From assembly GCA_964606485.1 (NCBI GenBank), contig CAZSGP010000002.1, forward strand, positions 74,766 through 138,765: DNA of 64,000 bases, in the 5' to 3' direction. This document shows positions 20,001-27,336 of this stretch, one piece after another. The DNA is from an uncultured Planctomycetia bacterium (lineage in GTDB: Bacteria; Omnitrophota; Gorgyraeia; 2-02-FULL-51-18). Position 1 is the stretch's first letter. Each line of letters starts with the position of its first letter. Both the position numbers and the translations under genes were made by a program. The notes under the pieces are model-generated. The model did no database searches and was not told where the DNA came from. It worked only from the letters and a program-made list of their open reading frames with translations.

Positions 20001-21279
20001 AATCAGGTTCGTTGGCTTGAAACGAACGAAACTCTTCATTCGTCATTTGAATGTTGTAGGCCGTTTGAAGCAGATGAATGTACCGGTCTATGGCGTGGAT
20101 TAGCAGCGTGTCATTGCGAGAAGCCGAAGGCGACAAAGCAATCCCGTTCTCAGAGCGAGATTGCTTCGCTGTGCTCGCAATGACGGACTGATAAACTTCT
20201 TCTTCAAACTGAGCCTTCTCGTCTGCAAGCTTGCTCAGCTCAATAGAAGTAAACTCTTTCAAGTATTCTTCATAGCGAATTAAATTGGAATAAGGCTTGA
20301 GAGTTAAACCCTTTTCTCTAGCGCTATTTAAAGTATTTTGAAAGTAGCCAAATAAAGACATGCGGTCGTTGTAAATCTCATTTTTCTTGGCGAGATAATC
20401 CGCCAGATTCTGCCCGCCCTTTTTCTGAAGCTCCACCACGAGCGAGGCGAGCTCTAAGTTCGCTAGGTTAAAATCGAGAGACGCTTCTTTGGCTTGAAGG
20501 TTTTTTAGCTTTGAAAGATTGGGGTAGGTGGAAAGAGCGGGATTGCTTCGCTGCGCTCGCAATGACAAGCCCGCCTTTTCAGCTAAATCTAAAAGCCTCT
20601 TAAAACTCGTTTCAAAATTTCCATCTTTATCTTTTTCGTAATTCAGTAGTTCCTTCGGGTAAATTTTATTTTTCGCTTTTTGGAGTGCGGATTGGATGGT
20701 CTTTAAATATTCCAGCACCTCTTGCCGTGTGGCCGCGAGCTTCGAATACGCCTTGATGCTTTGCGCGTACAACGCTAGATTTTCGATTCCGATAATCTGA
20801 ATCGGGTGATTCGTGGTGAGATTTAAATACTCCTCACCTGAAATCTGCGCGTCCATCAAAAGGGTTTTCGCTTTTTGTTCCAGCGTGTTTTTGGAAATAG
20901 CATTTCGGACTTCAGTGAGCGAAACATCTCCCTCGCCGCCTTCAACGAGAATGGTGGATACGCCGTATCGCGTAATAATTTGGTCGAGCGCACCCGCAAG
21001 ATTTTGTTGTCCTGAAAAATTGGAGTGCGGATCTTGGATGTGGATCAGTAGGGGCGCAGTGCCTGCGCCCACGCCCACATGAATCTCCTTAAGCGCGCAA
21101 AAATCCATCGGCGTGACAAATTGAGCTGGATTTTGAATGAGCCCGGCAAGTTCCGCCGTCTTCGTGGGAGCCGGGGACACAGAAATTCCAGGGGCGGCAT
21201 AGGCCAATTCCTGAAAGAGGAAGGCCGCTATGAGACTTGCGGATATTAGCCTTATATTAAGTTTTTTCTTATTGGGCAT
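17026..21279 (-). CDS. giant hypothetical secreted protein (1417 aa). Signal peptide, Tiki/TraB/GumN-like N-terminal region interrupted by in-frame palindromic elements, GNAT-like segment, long helical C-terminal region
   Basis: ATG start with N-terminal signal peptide (LISASLIAAFLFQELAYAAPG). Motifs KEIHVGVGAGTAPLLIHIQDPHSN and VVLITGGYHTEHL resemble Tiki/TraB GxxH motifs. Residues ~700-790 (…GFIASSAVRGKPLEMDAIAVKVKRASHGSFLLDAFF…SFYRVYLKERGFKI) resemble GNAT motifs A and B. The family calls are inference. Confidence 0.6.
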   Translation of the reverse strand: MPNKKKLNIRLISASLIAAFLFQELAYAAPGISVSPAPTKTAELAGLIQNPAQFVTPMDFCALKEIHVGVGAGTAPLLIHIQDPHSNFSGQQNLAGALDQIITRYGVSTILVEGGEGDVSLTEVRNAISKNTLEQKAKTLLMDAQISGEEYLNLTTNHPIQIIGIENLALYAQSIKAYSKLAATRQEVLEYLKTIQSALQKAKNKIYPKELLNYEKDKDGNFETSFKRLLDLAEKAGLSLRAQRSNPALSTYPNLSKLKNLQAKEASLDFNLANLELASLVVELQKKGGQNLADYLAKKNEIYNDRMSLFGYFQNTLNSAREKGLTLKPYSNLIRYEEYLKEFTSIELSKLADEKAQFEEEVYQSVIASTAKQSRSENGIALSPSASRNDTLLIHAIDRYIHLLQTAYNIQMTNEEFRSFQANEPDFATVSYLAFLNKKLIETGYFEDLVSYKDLLETGSQALKDFYDSVDQRDLAFLKNIEKELSSPRRRGSEPQDSRLRGNDNAVVLITGGYHTEHLKELFQQSGYSYIVLTPKVTQETNQAKYEKVLLEPLEGLKPSEIQMASGKRENFETARALAEMYRSADEDWLPEITDRLVASRLAEQIKANHAKVSEAFQDRGVDSGARLSGTNTENQKLLLINSIPYEQLPTILEKQGVGKVVEWKVIYSRLQKEKDFQVILDDAAEKLSILERAAFKGRGDYSPQSAEAWGYDLEDKDHYLLIQPDGSLGGFIASSAVRGKPLEMDAIAVKVKRASHGSFLLDAFFKNLRDKKITNVTWVASKKSEISFYRVYLKERGFKIDKDYEEAAEKQGTGIQFLVSLNTLPGVKAAEKAGARMADESDEVKEIREAITKRGTLRDIFDRWKSTPHQDVYKIEDGLANLLYVVSELNYSLLTGNSLYLKSADLLEIRLEFRKYILNLELVVEEGYYPALSGKSRQLISGLEDRFQELLDTVQSQEREAISRFQDKTVASMIGEKKDNDKDLKVRLTSKAPQEREEARDELGEILYRATLLDLQRYVSLEMLNTLHEYLKSSYRVNKDAEIIANLVAELTTITSLLPDPFSLEESKIDFYRQLLLDKKYYNVGLSFFISSPLTLLRTNDCQALLQIAQNVKIEIDKRKQAVRILRRNLAYFRQVYPNGAPAELLEDAPRGILEKEVGRGLMRIMNTPFSETKLRRDLMADPDFESLVGFVLDNWEEYPVPWSRAAELASIQRRFLGSDAWDPLDLLRDLIAELNSEQIVPLQNEPESFLDRNDESFSMLEEPKDVLRKDGVAQRLYYAYCYARLMLEHPRFEKATDSNGPPITVEAYPPLASAIASFVATRIKEGVETFTGLHDELVRLSASAFDGRPNLTDGAIEAGLAKIQEQINPALAAKIKREAKEYARNASRQGLNDPSKPQFGSGARLAGPIVESSKQ
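19768..19825. repeat. 58-bp double-hairpin palindromic element inserted in-frame in the 1417-aa gene (encodes SSPRRRGSEPQDSRLRGNDN)
   Basis: gtcattcccgcgcaagcgggaatc-ttgtggttct-gatccccgccttcgcggggatgac. Two perfect 8-bp-stem hairpins in inverted orientation with gtcat…atgac termini. Confidence 0.75.
20110..20184. repeat. 75-bp nested palindromic element (gtcattgcgag…ctcgcaatgac) inserted in-frame in the 1417-aa gene (encodes …VIASTAKQSRSENGIALSPSASRNDT…)
   Basis: Terminal 11-bp inverted repeat gtcattgcgag / ctcgcaatgac. Inner inverted repeats caaagcaatc / gattgcttcg. Confidence 0.7.
20535..20566. repeat. partial (right-half) direct copy of the 20110..20184 element, 30 of 32 nt identical to 20153..20184, also in-frame
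   Basis: gagcgggattgcttcgctgcgctcgcaatgac compared with gagcgagattgcttcgctgtgctcgcaatgac. Confidence 0.7.
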
Positions 21280-21356
21280 AAATTTCGAGTATACCGTCCC
21301 TTTGGATCAAGTATACCCGAGATTTAAGCGATTACAAGTCTAGCTACCAACTCAAC

Positions 21357-22517
21357 TTACTGGCGCTTATTCTGTCCTTGACCACCCTGTTTAGCGCCTT
21401 TGCCAGCACCCTTATTCGGGTTATTTTGGGCTTGCCCATTGTTCGGATTGCCCGGTCCGCCCTCTTGGCGATTATTGTTCATCTGGTGGACTTGCTCTTG
21501 ACGATTGTCTCTCCGCTCCTGCATCTGTGCGTCTCGTGGACCATTGGGGCGATCCATCGGCCCGCCTTGACCCCGATCTCTAGGGCCTTCGCCAGGTCTA
21601 TTCATCTGGGGGCCACCTTCTTGTTTGAAGCGAGGACCGCGATCAGCTGAATTATTTTTCATTCGATCTAATTTTTGACCCGGCTCACGATTAGCAGGAT
21701 TCTGCTGTGCTCTTTCTTTTAATTTTTGCTCAAGCTCCTTTTGGCGACCGGGAGGGGCGGTATTTTTTAAAAATGCTTTCTCAGGATCTTTGCGCTGGCC
21801 GTTTTCATAAGCACGCTTCACCTGATCAATGCCCTGAATTTTCCCACGACGACCCATTCCCTCAACTTGCTGAATTTTCTTGTCGATGCCGCCTTGCATA
21901 AGCTTGCCGCGCTCAAATTCTTTCGACTCCATTTTGACCGGCGCAATCGGACGATCCCCTCTAAATTTCACGGCGGATTTTTCGTTGTTTTTAATGATTT
22001 GTGGGGTTTCATCCACACTGCCTTTTTCATTCATTCCAAAAACATAAACATCTGATTCCGAAAAGTTATAAATGTTCGTTTCACCGTTCTCAACTGCGGT
22101 GCGATATTCGGTTCCACGCGCGGCGGCAATGGCCGTTGGCGTTTCAACCGTAAAGCTCGACTCTGACGGGAGGGCTTTTAGTTTTGCGTAGATCCCACCC
22201 TTGTCCATTTTAAGATTCACCGGAAAAATAGATTGAATGCTGACGCTTGATTTCTCTTCGATGCGAGCGACGTTTTTCCAGTCACTGTCAAACGCCAAGT
22301 CCACCGAACCGCCTTCCGCAACCTCGACCCGGTCATCGGCCTTTAGAATGTCGCCTTCCTTGATAAGAGTTTTACCGCCATCGCCAATTTTAAAGGCGTT
22401 CCCTTCCACCGTCATCACCTCGCACTGATAGTCCTGATCTTGCGCGAAAACACTGTCATTGCAAAAGGGGGCTAAAATTAGTACGGCTAGACTCACGGCT
22501 TTCATCAAGGCTTTCAT
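21357..22517 (-). CDS. secreted FecR-domain protein with a long Q/N/G/P/R-rich low-complexity C-terminal tail
   Basis: Signal peptide MKALMKAVSLAVLILAPFCNDSVFA. A FecR-like beta-sandwich pattern (KEGDILKADDRVEVAEGGSVDLAFDSDW). The last ~130 aa are compositionally biased (…GPRDRGQGGPMDRPNGPRDAQMQERRDNRQEQVHQMNNNRQEGGPGNPNNGQAQNNPNKG…). Confidence 0.65.
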   Translation of the reverse strand: MKALMKAVSLAVLILAPFCNDSVFAQDQDYQCEVMTVEGNAFKIGDGGKTLIKEGDILKADDRVEVAEGGSVDLAFDSDWKNVARIEEKSSVSIQSIFPVNLKMDKGGIYAKLKALPSESSFTVETPTAIAAARGTEYRTAVENGETNIYNFSESDVYVFGMNEKGSVDETPQIIKNNEKSAVKFRGDRPIAPVKMESKEFERGKLMQGGIDKKIQQVEGMGRRGKIQGIDQVKRAYENGQRKDPEKAFLKNTAPPGRQKELEQKLKERAQQNPANREPGQKLDRMKNNSADRGPRFKQEGGPQMNRPGEGPRDRGQGGPMDRPNGPRDAQMQERRDNRQEQVHQMNNNRQEGGPGNPNNGQAQNNPNKGAGKGAKQGGQGQNKRQ

Positions 22518-22648
22518 CGGAAGCTCCTTTTTAATCTACCTATTAGACGAAGGTGATCGCCTAAAGGATTAAAAGCAATTTTAAGCAATTTTGAGCATTC
22601 AGGCTAGAGAATTTGTGTTAACATAAATGTCTACAGGAGATCATCGCC

Positions 22649-23182
22649 ATGAAAAAAACCTTTATTATTCTACTTTCTTGCCTAGCGCTGTCGGTCAATG
22701 CCTTTGCCGGGACCGCTAAGGAAATTGATGCGAGTGCTGACGCCACTCTTGAAAAATTTTATGACGATGTGAAAGCAGGTAAAAAGCTTGTAGGTGATGC
22801 AAAAGGGGTTTTGATTTTTCCAAGCGTTATTAAGGCGGGTATCGGAATTGGTGGCGAATACGGCGAAGGCGCGCTCCGCATGCACGGCCGCACCATCGAC
22901 TACTACAGCACAGCCGCTGCGTCAGTCGGTTTTCAGCTCGGCGCTCAGAAAAAATCAATTGTGATTTTGTTTATGGAAGATGACTCTCTCAAGAAATTCA
23001 TGGCTAGTTCCGGCTGGAAAGCTGGGGTCGATGCCTCGATCGCCGTAGTCACCGTCGGTGCCGGCGGCGAAATGGACACCTCCAAATACAAAGAGCCCAT
23101 CCTGGGATTCATTCTCGACCAGAAGGGGCTCATGTATAATTTGACGCTCGAAGGCGCCAAATTCACTAAACTTAAGAAATAA
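22649..23182 (+). CDS. SYLF (Ysc84/DUF500) lipid-binding domain protein with signal peptide
   Basis: 177 aa. MKKTFIILLSCLALSVNAFA signal. The body matches the SYLF-family pattern (…VLIFPSVIKAGIGIGGEYGEGAL…GWKAGVDASIAVVTVGAGGE…). The only substantial plus-strand gene in the window. Confidence 0.8.
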   Translation: MKKTFIILLSCLALSVNAFAGTAKEIDASADATLEKFYDDVKAGKKLVGDAKGVLIFPSVIKAGIGIGGEYGEGALRMHGRTIDYYSTAAASVGFQLGAQKKSIVILFMEDDSLKKFMASSGWKAGVDASIAVVTVGAGGEMDTSKYKEPILGFILDQKGLMYNLTLEGAKFTKLKK

Positions 23183-23687
23183 GCTCGATTACTCCACAAC
23201 CAATTCTTCCACCCGCATTTCCGGCGGGTTGTGAAAAATCGTCTTCTTTTTCGTGAAGAATAATCGCGCGACCGGCGACGTTGTATTTTCCATCGCTCAG
23301 TGTCAATCCTTTGACCAGTGTTTTAAAAGTTCCTGATCCGGAGCTACCGATTTCCAGGTTGCCCATGTCGCCCGCGTGAGCCATTTCCATTCCCTCTTTA
23401 AAAAGAGAGCCGTGCTCGTGGCCATCGGGATTAAAATGCGATCCCGCCGCTTTACCAGAGTCTCCGCACGCACCAATCTCATGAACGTGGAACCCGTGCT
23501 TGCCCGGAGGGACATTTTGAAGATTCACTTCCATGTTCACTCCGCCTTCCACTTCTTCCAGCTTCACAGTACCCGTAAGTGTTGATTCGGGCGCAGTCCC
23601 TTTAATTTGAGCAACCGCCGTTTTTGCAAAAGCCTGTGACGACAGGCTGATTCCAAACACCATTAACAACAACATGATTTTCTTCAT
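23172..23687 (-). CDS. sodC: periplasmic Cu/Zn superoxide dismutase
   Basis: Signal peptide, HGFHVHEIGACG, HFNPDGHEHG, and C-terminal GGRIGCGVI copper/zinc ligand motifs. Confidence 0.92.
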   Translation of the reverse strand: MKKIMLLLMVFGISLSSQAFAKTAVAQIKGTAPESTLTGTVKLEEVEGGVNMEVNLQNVPPGKHGFHVHEIGACGDSGKAAGSHFNPDGHEHGSLFKEGMEMAHAGDMGNLEIGSSGSGTFKTLVKGLTLSDGKYNVAGRAIILHEKEDDFSQPAGNAGGRIGCGVIELIS

Positions 23688-23712
23688 TTGGTTTCTCCTT
23701 GAAATATGATGC

Positions 23713-24453
23713 CTAGTATTTTACCTGAATTAACGTCAAACCGTGAGCTGGAACCGTCGGACCTGCTTTCCGGCGATCCCTAGCCTTCAGGATACTGGTC
23801 ATCTCATAGGGTTGCCGTCTTCCCCGCCCAATTTCGATCAGTGTGCCCGCAACCACTCTCACCATGTACCGCAGAAAACCATTTCCCTCCACTTGAATTT
23901 CAATCAGCTCATTTTTTTTAAGAATTTGAATCTTAATAATTTTTCGGATAGCATCTTTGATCTCTTCCTTGGCTTGGCTATCCATAAAAGATGAGAAGTC
24001 GTGCCGGCCCACAAGAATTTTTGCGGCAATGCGCATTTTTGAAACCTCCAGCTTTCCTGGCTGCCAAAGCACGAAGGACTCCTCGAAAAGTGGCCGAACG
24101 CGGCTATTCCAAATTTTGTAGGAGTAGATTTTAGATTTGGCATCAAATCGTGCGTGAAACTTGGGCGAAACCGTTTTCGACTGGAAAACAACAATGTCTT
24201 TTGGGAGATAAAAATTAAGCGCGTCGGTGATTTTATCATCCGGCAAGGCGGAGCTCGTTTTAAAATGGGCAACAAACTCCCGTGCGTGAACTCCGCTATC
24301 GGTGCGGGAGCAACCAACCACCGCTATTTTTTCTTTGAGGATTTTAGAGAGATTTGATTCGAAGGCTTCTTGAATCGTCTTATTCTTCTTCTGGCTCTGC
24401 CAGCCTTCGTAACGGGTTCCGATGAATCCGAGAGCAAGCCTCACGTTACGCAT
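23713..24453 (-). CDS. truA: tRNA pseudouridine(38-40) synthase TruA
   Basis: Canonical start MRNVRLALGFIGTRYEGWQSQ… and catalytic RTDSGVHA. The ORF-track extension to 24522 is rejected because it runs into a structured GC-rich intergenic element and lacks homology. Confidence 0.85.
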   Translation of the reverse strand: MRNVRLALGFIGTRYEGWQSQKKNKTIQEAFESNLSKILKEKIAVVGCSRTDSGVHAREFVAHFKTSSALPDDKITDALNFYLPKDIVVFQSKTVSPKFHARFDAKSKIYSYKIWNSRVRPLFEESFVLWQPGKLEVSKMRIAAKILVGRHDFSSFMDSQAKEEIKDAIRKIIKIQILKKNELIEIQVEGNGFLRYMVRVVAGTLIEIGRGRRQPYEMTSILKARDRRKAGPTVPAHGLTLIQVKY

Positions 24454-24462
24454 AATTTTAAT

Positions 24463-24614
24463 CTGTCGGATAATCGCTTGAAGCGGCCCATGCGCAGGCC
24501 GAGCGGCCATGGTGTCCGCCATTCATTTTGGCGGACGAGCGAGGCCGAGCAGCTGAGCGCGTTTTTCCACGGAGGGACAAAACGTGCGTGGCCGCGTAAG
24601 CGGTTATCCGACAA
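24463..24614. other. GC-rich structured intergenic element (candidate small RNA or regulatory structure) between asd and truA
   Basis: Imperfect 21-bp long-range inverted repeat (ctgtcggataatcgcttgaagcggcc … ggccgcgtaagcggttatccgacaag). It encloses about 100 nt containing a 7-bp hairpin (gtccgcc…ggcggac), a ggccgagc direct repeat and a further hairpin. The non-coding call follows from the truA start call. Confidence 0.4.
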
Positions 24615-24623
24615 GGTATACGA

Positions 24624-25658
24624 TTATTTGATAAGAATTTCAGCAATTTGAACGGCGTTTGTGGCAGCGCCCTTACGGATCTGATCGCCGGACACAAAAA
24701 GGCAGAGGCCTTTAGGATGAGAAATATCATTTCGAATGCGCCCCACTAGCACATCATCCTGTCCGGAGGCCTCGAGCGGCATGGGGAAATAGTTTTTGGT
24801 CGCGTCGTCCACAATGCGCACACCGGGTGACTTGGCGAGCAGCTTGCGAATTCCGGCGAGATCGGGCTTTGAAGCGAGTTCCAAGTATATCGTCTCCGAA
24901 TGCGCTCTCAAGATTGGAACGCGCACGCACGTTGCTGCGACGCGCAATTTTTTGTCGTGAAAAATTTTATGCGTTTCTTTCGTCATCTTGATTTCTTCTT
25001 CGTTGTACCCTTCTTCTTTGATCGCGCTATTGTGAGAAAAAAGGTTAAACGCAATTTGATGAGGAAAAATTTCTTTCTTAACCGTGCGGCCTTCCAAATA
25101 ATCTTTCGCCTGAACTTTAAGCTCTTCCATGGCCTTAGCCCCGGCGCCGGAAGCGGCTTGATAGGTTGAAACAAGAATGCGCTTCACGCCGTACTTTTTA
25201 TAGATGGGATATACGGGCACATTCATGATAATCGTCGAGCAATTAGGGTTCGCGATAATCCCTTTGTGTTTTTTAATGTCGCCCGGATTGACCTCAGGAA
25301 CAACGAGTGGGACGTTCGGATCCATGCGGTAAGCGCTGGTATTGTCCACCACAACCGCGCCCGCTTGAACAGCTAACGGCGCAAACTTTTTGGAAATCGA
25401 CCCCCCGGCGCTAGCGAGAACAATGTCCACGCCTTCAAACGAATTTTCCTTCAACTCTTGGACCGCGATTTCACGGCCATTAAATTTGTACTTTTTTCCG
25501 ACTGAGCGCGCAGATGCTAAAAGTCTCAGTTCAGCAACGGGGAACTTCCGTTCCTGAAGAATACTAATGAGTTCTTCCCCCACCGCACCGGTGGCACCCA
25601 TAATCGCAACGTTGTATTTGGATTTTTTCTTAAGCACGAACGAGAGCGCCTCCAACAC
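24624..25658 (-). CDS. asd: aspartate-semialdehyde dehydrogenase
   Basis: N-terminal NVAIMGATGAVGEELISIL Rossmann motif. 344 aa with the typical Asd layout, including the active-site Cys region NPNCSTI. Confidence 0.92.
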   Translation of the reverse strand: MLEALSFVLKKKSKYNVAIMGATGAVGEELISILQERKFPVAELRLLASARSVGKKYKFNGREIAVQELKENSFEGVDIVLASAGGSISKKFAPLAVQAGAVVVDNTSAYRMDPNVPLVVPEVNPGDIKKHKGIIANPNCSTIIMNVPVYPIYKKYGVKRILVSTYQAASGAGAKAMEELKVQAKDYLEGRTVKKEIFPHQIAFNLFSHNSAIKEEGYNEEEIKMTKETHKIFHDKKLRVAATCVRVPILRAHSETIYLELASKPDLAGIRKLLAKSPGVRIVDDATKNYFPMPLEASGQDDVLVGRIRNDISHPKGLCLFVSGDQIRKGAATNAVQIAEILIK

Positions 25659-26721
25659 GTTCTACGACAAGATCTCCCACTTCCTTCGTCCCGTAACCCA
25701 TTTTTCCGGCAGCCAGAGACTTGAGTTTATTCTTCGTCACATCCATCACTGCATTTTCGATCGCGTCAGCAGCTTCTTTTTCACCGAGCTGTTCGATCAT
25801 CATCGCACCCGCGCAAATCGCAGCCAGCGGATTGATCACATTTTTTCCGGTGTACTTCGGAGCGGAGCCGCCGATGGGCTCAAACATCGAAACGCCTTCA
25901 GGATTTAAATTTCCACCTGCTGCGATTCCCATGCCGCCCTGAATCATGGCGCCCAAGTCCGTGATAATGTCGCCGAACATGTTGTCCGTGACGATCACGT
26001 CAAACCATTCGGGGTTTTTCACCATCCACATGCAAGTCGCGTCCACATGCGCGTAGTCCGTTGTGACATCTGGGTATTCCTTAGCAAGCTCGCTAAACAC
26101 TCTCCACCACAGATCCATCGAGTAGGTCAGCACATTGGTCTTACCGCAAAGCGTCAGCTTTTTACGCTTGTTGCGAGCGCGTGTGAATTCAAACGCGTAG
26201 CGCAAGCACCTCTCCACACCCGCGCGTGTGTTGCGCGAAATCTGAATAGCTGTTTCATTTTTCTTGCCCTTGTTGATGAATTTTCCTTCACCCACATAAA
26301 GACCTTCGTTGTTTTCACGCACCACGACAAAATCAATGTCCTTCGGCTCTTTGTCTCTGAGCGGCGTCCACACACCTGGGTACAATTTCACCGGACGCAA
26401 ATTGATATACTGCTTTAAATCAAATCGAATTTTTAAAAGGAGACCCTTTTCCAAGATCCCAGGCTTTACATCGGGGTGCCCTACTGCGCCCAACAGAATC
26501 GAGTCGTATTTCTTTAAACCCTGACATTCTTTGTCGCTTAAAACTTTTCCGGTCTTCAAAAAACGTTCTCCACCAAAATCAAGCGGTGTGAGATTGAGTT
26601 TAAATCCAAAACGTTTGGAGGCTGCTGCTAAAACTTTGAGCGCCTCTGCCGTGACTTCCGGCCCCGTTCCGTCGCCACCGATAACTGCAATTTTGTAATT
26701 CCGATTTCCATTTTTTTTCAT
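25630..26721 (-). CDS. leuB: 3-isopropylmalate dehydrogenase
   Basis: [16 protein letters not shown]-terminus of the IDH/IMDH family. Immediately upstream of leuD/leuC in the same orientation. Confidence 0.85.
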   Translation of the reverse strand: MKKNGNRNYKIAVIGGDGTGPEVTAEALKVLAAASKRFGFKLNLTPLDFGGERFLKTGKVLSDKECQGLKKYDSILLGAVGHPDVKPGILEKGLLLKIRFDLKQYINLRPVKLYPGVWTPLRDKEPKDIDFVVVRENNEGLYVGEGKFINKGKKNETAIQISRNTRAGVERCLRYAFEFTRARNKRKKLTLCGKTNVLTYSMDLWWRVFSELAKEYPDVTTDYAHVDATCMWMVKNPEWFDVIVTDNMFGDIITDLGAMIQGGMGIAAGGNLNPEGVSMFEPIGGSAPKYTGKNVINPLAAICAGAMMIEQLGEKEAADAIENAVMDVTKNKLKSLAAGKMGYGTKEVGDLVVERVGGALVRA

Positions 26722-26724
26722 GTG

Positions 26725-27336
26725 TTAATCCTTATCCGGTTCACTAGGTACCGTGTGTTTTTTTTCGTCAAGTGTGGTTTTAATCATTCCCTGCTTTTTG
26801 GCGTATTCAAAAACATTTCCCGCTTCGATAATCGGGAGCACGTCGCCAAGCGGCTTTAAAGAAAAATGTGTTTTTTGCGTTAAATTTTTAAAGTCTGCTT
26901 TCTCAAGATCAATCTCCACTTCGTCGCCGGTGTTGAACTTCGTTGAGAGATCTTCTTTGGATTCGAACGGGATCAAATACCCGCCGTTCACCGAGTTGCG
27001 GAAGAAAATTCGTGAATAAAAAAGCGCGACTGTGGCTTCAATGCCGGATTCTCTGAGACAAATTGACGCGTGTTCCCGAGAGGAGCCGCAGCCAAAATTT
27101 TTTCCGCCGATCACGACTTTGTATTCGGACAGATCAGCGCCCTCTTTCACAAACGGAATGGTCCCACTCGGAAGTCCCTGCTTGCCCGCCGGAAGACCAG
27201 ACATCGCAAACTTGCCGAACATTTTGCGCTCGGCCGGAATCGCCGGGTTATAACTTAGAAACTTTGCCGGAATAATTTGGTCAGTGTCGATATCATTGCC
27301 CACTACAAACGCTTTGCCGTGAATAATTTTTTTCAT
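26725..27336 (-). CDS. leuD: 3-isopropylmalate dehydratase small subunit
   Basis: 203 aa aconitase-swivel-domain protein (…GKNFGCGSSREHA…). Adjacent to leuC. Confidence 0.88.
   Translation of the reverse strand: MKKIIHGKAFVVGNDIDTDQIIPAKFLSYNPAIPAERKMFGKFAMSGLPAGKQGLPSGTIPFVKEGADLSEYKVVIGGKNFGCGSSREHASICLRESGIEATVALFYSRIFFRNSVNGGYLIPFESKEDLSTKFNTGDEVEIDLEKADFKNLTQKTHFSLKPLGDVLPIIEAGNVFEYAKKQGMIKTTLDEKKHTVPSEPDKD

Noticed and set aside
19768-20566. CRISPR array interpretation of the palindromic repeats
   Set aside because: Only three elements, of two different types, with irregular spacing (about 285 and 350 bp), and all lie in-frame inside a protein-coding gene. No cas genes. Not a CRISPR.
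22518-22648. Tandem agcaatttt(a/g) ×2 motif in the divergent FecR-like/SYLF promoter region as a regulator-binding site
   Set aside because: Only two 9-bp copies in an AT-rich spacer. Too short to distinguish from chance without comparative data.
23713-24522. Longer ORF-track versions of truA (to 24522)
   Set aside because: The extra residues have no homology, run through a structured GC-rich spacer, and the ORF track evidently allows GTG/TTG starts, which inflates N-termini. The homology-consistent downstream ATG was used.
24454-24623. Calling the asd-truA structured element an SRP (4.5S) RNA
   Set aside because: The conserved domain IV motif (…GGUCAGGUCCGGAAGGAAGCAGCC…) is not recognisable. 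The length and the long closing stem fit many RNA classes, so it is left as an unclassified candidate.
24370-24730. 93-aa plus-strand and 90-aa minus-strand ORFs spanning the asd-truA spacer
   Set aside because: Arginine/alanine-rich translations typical of GC-rich non-coding DNA. They overlap the asd 3' end. No homology features.
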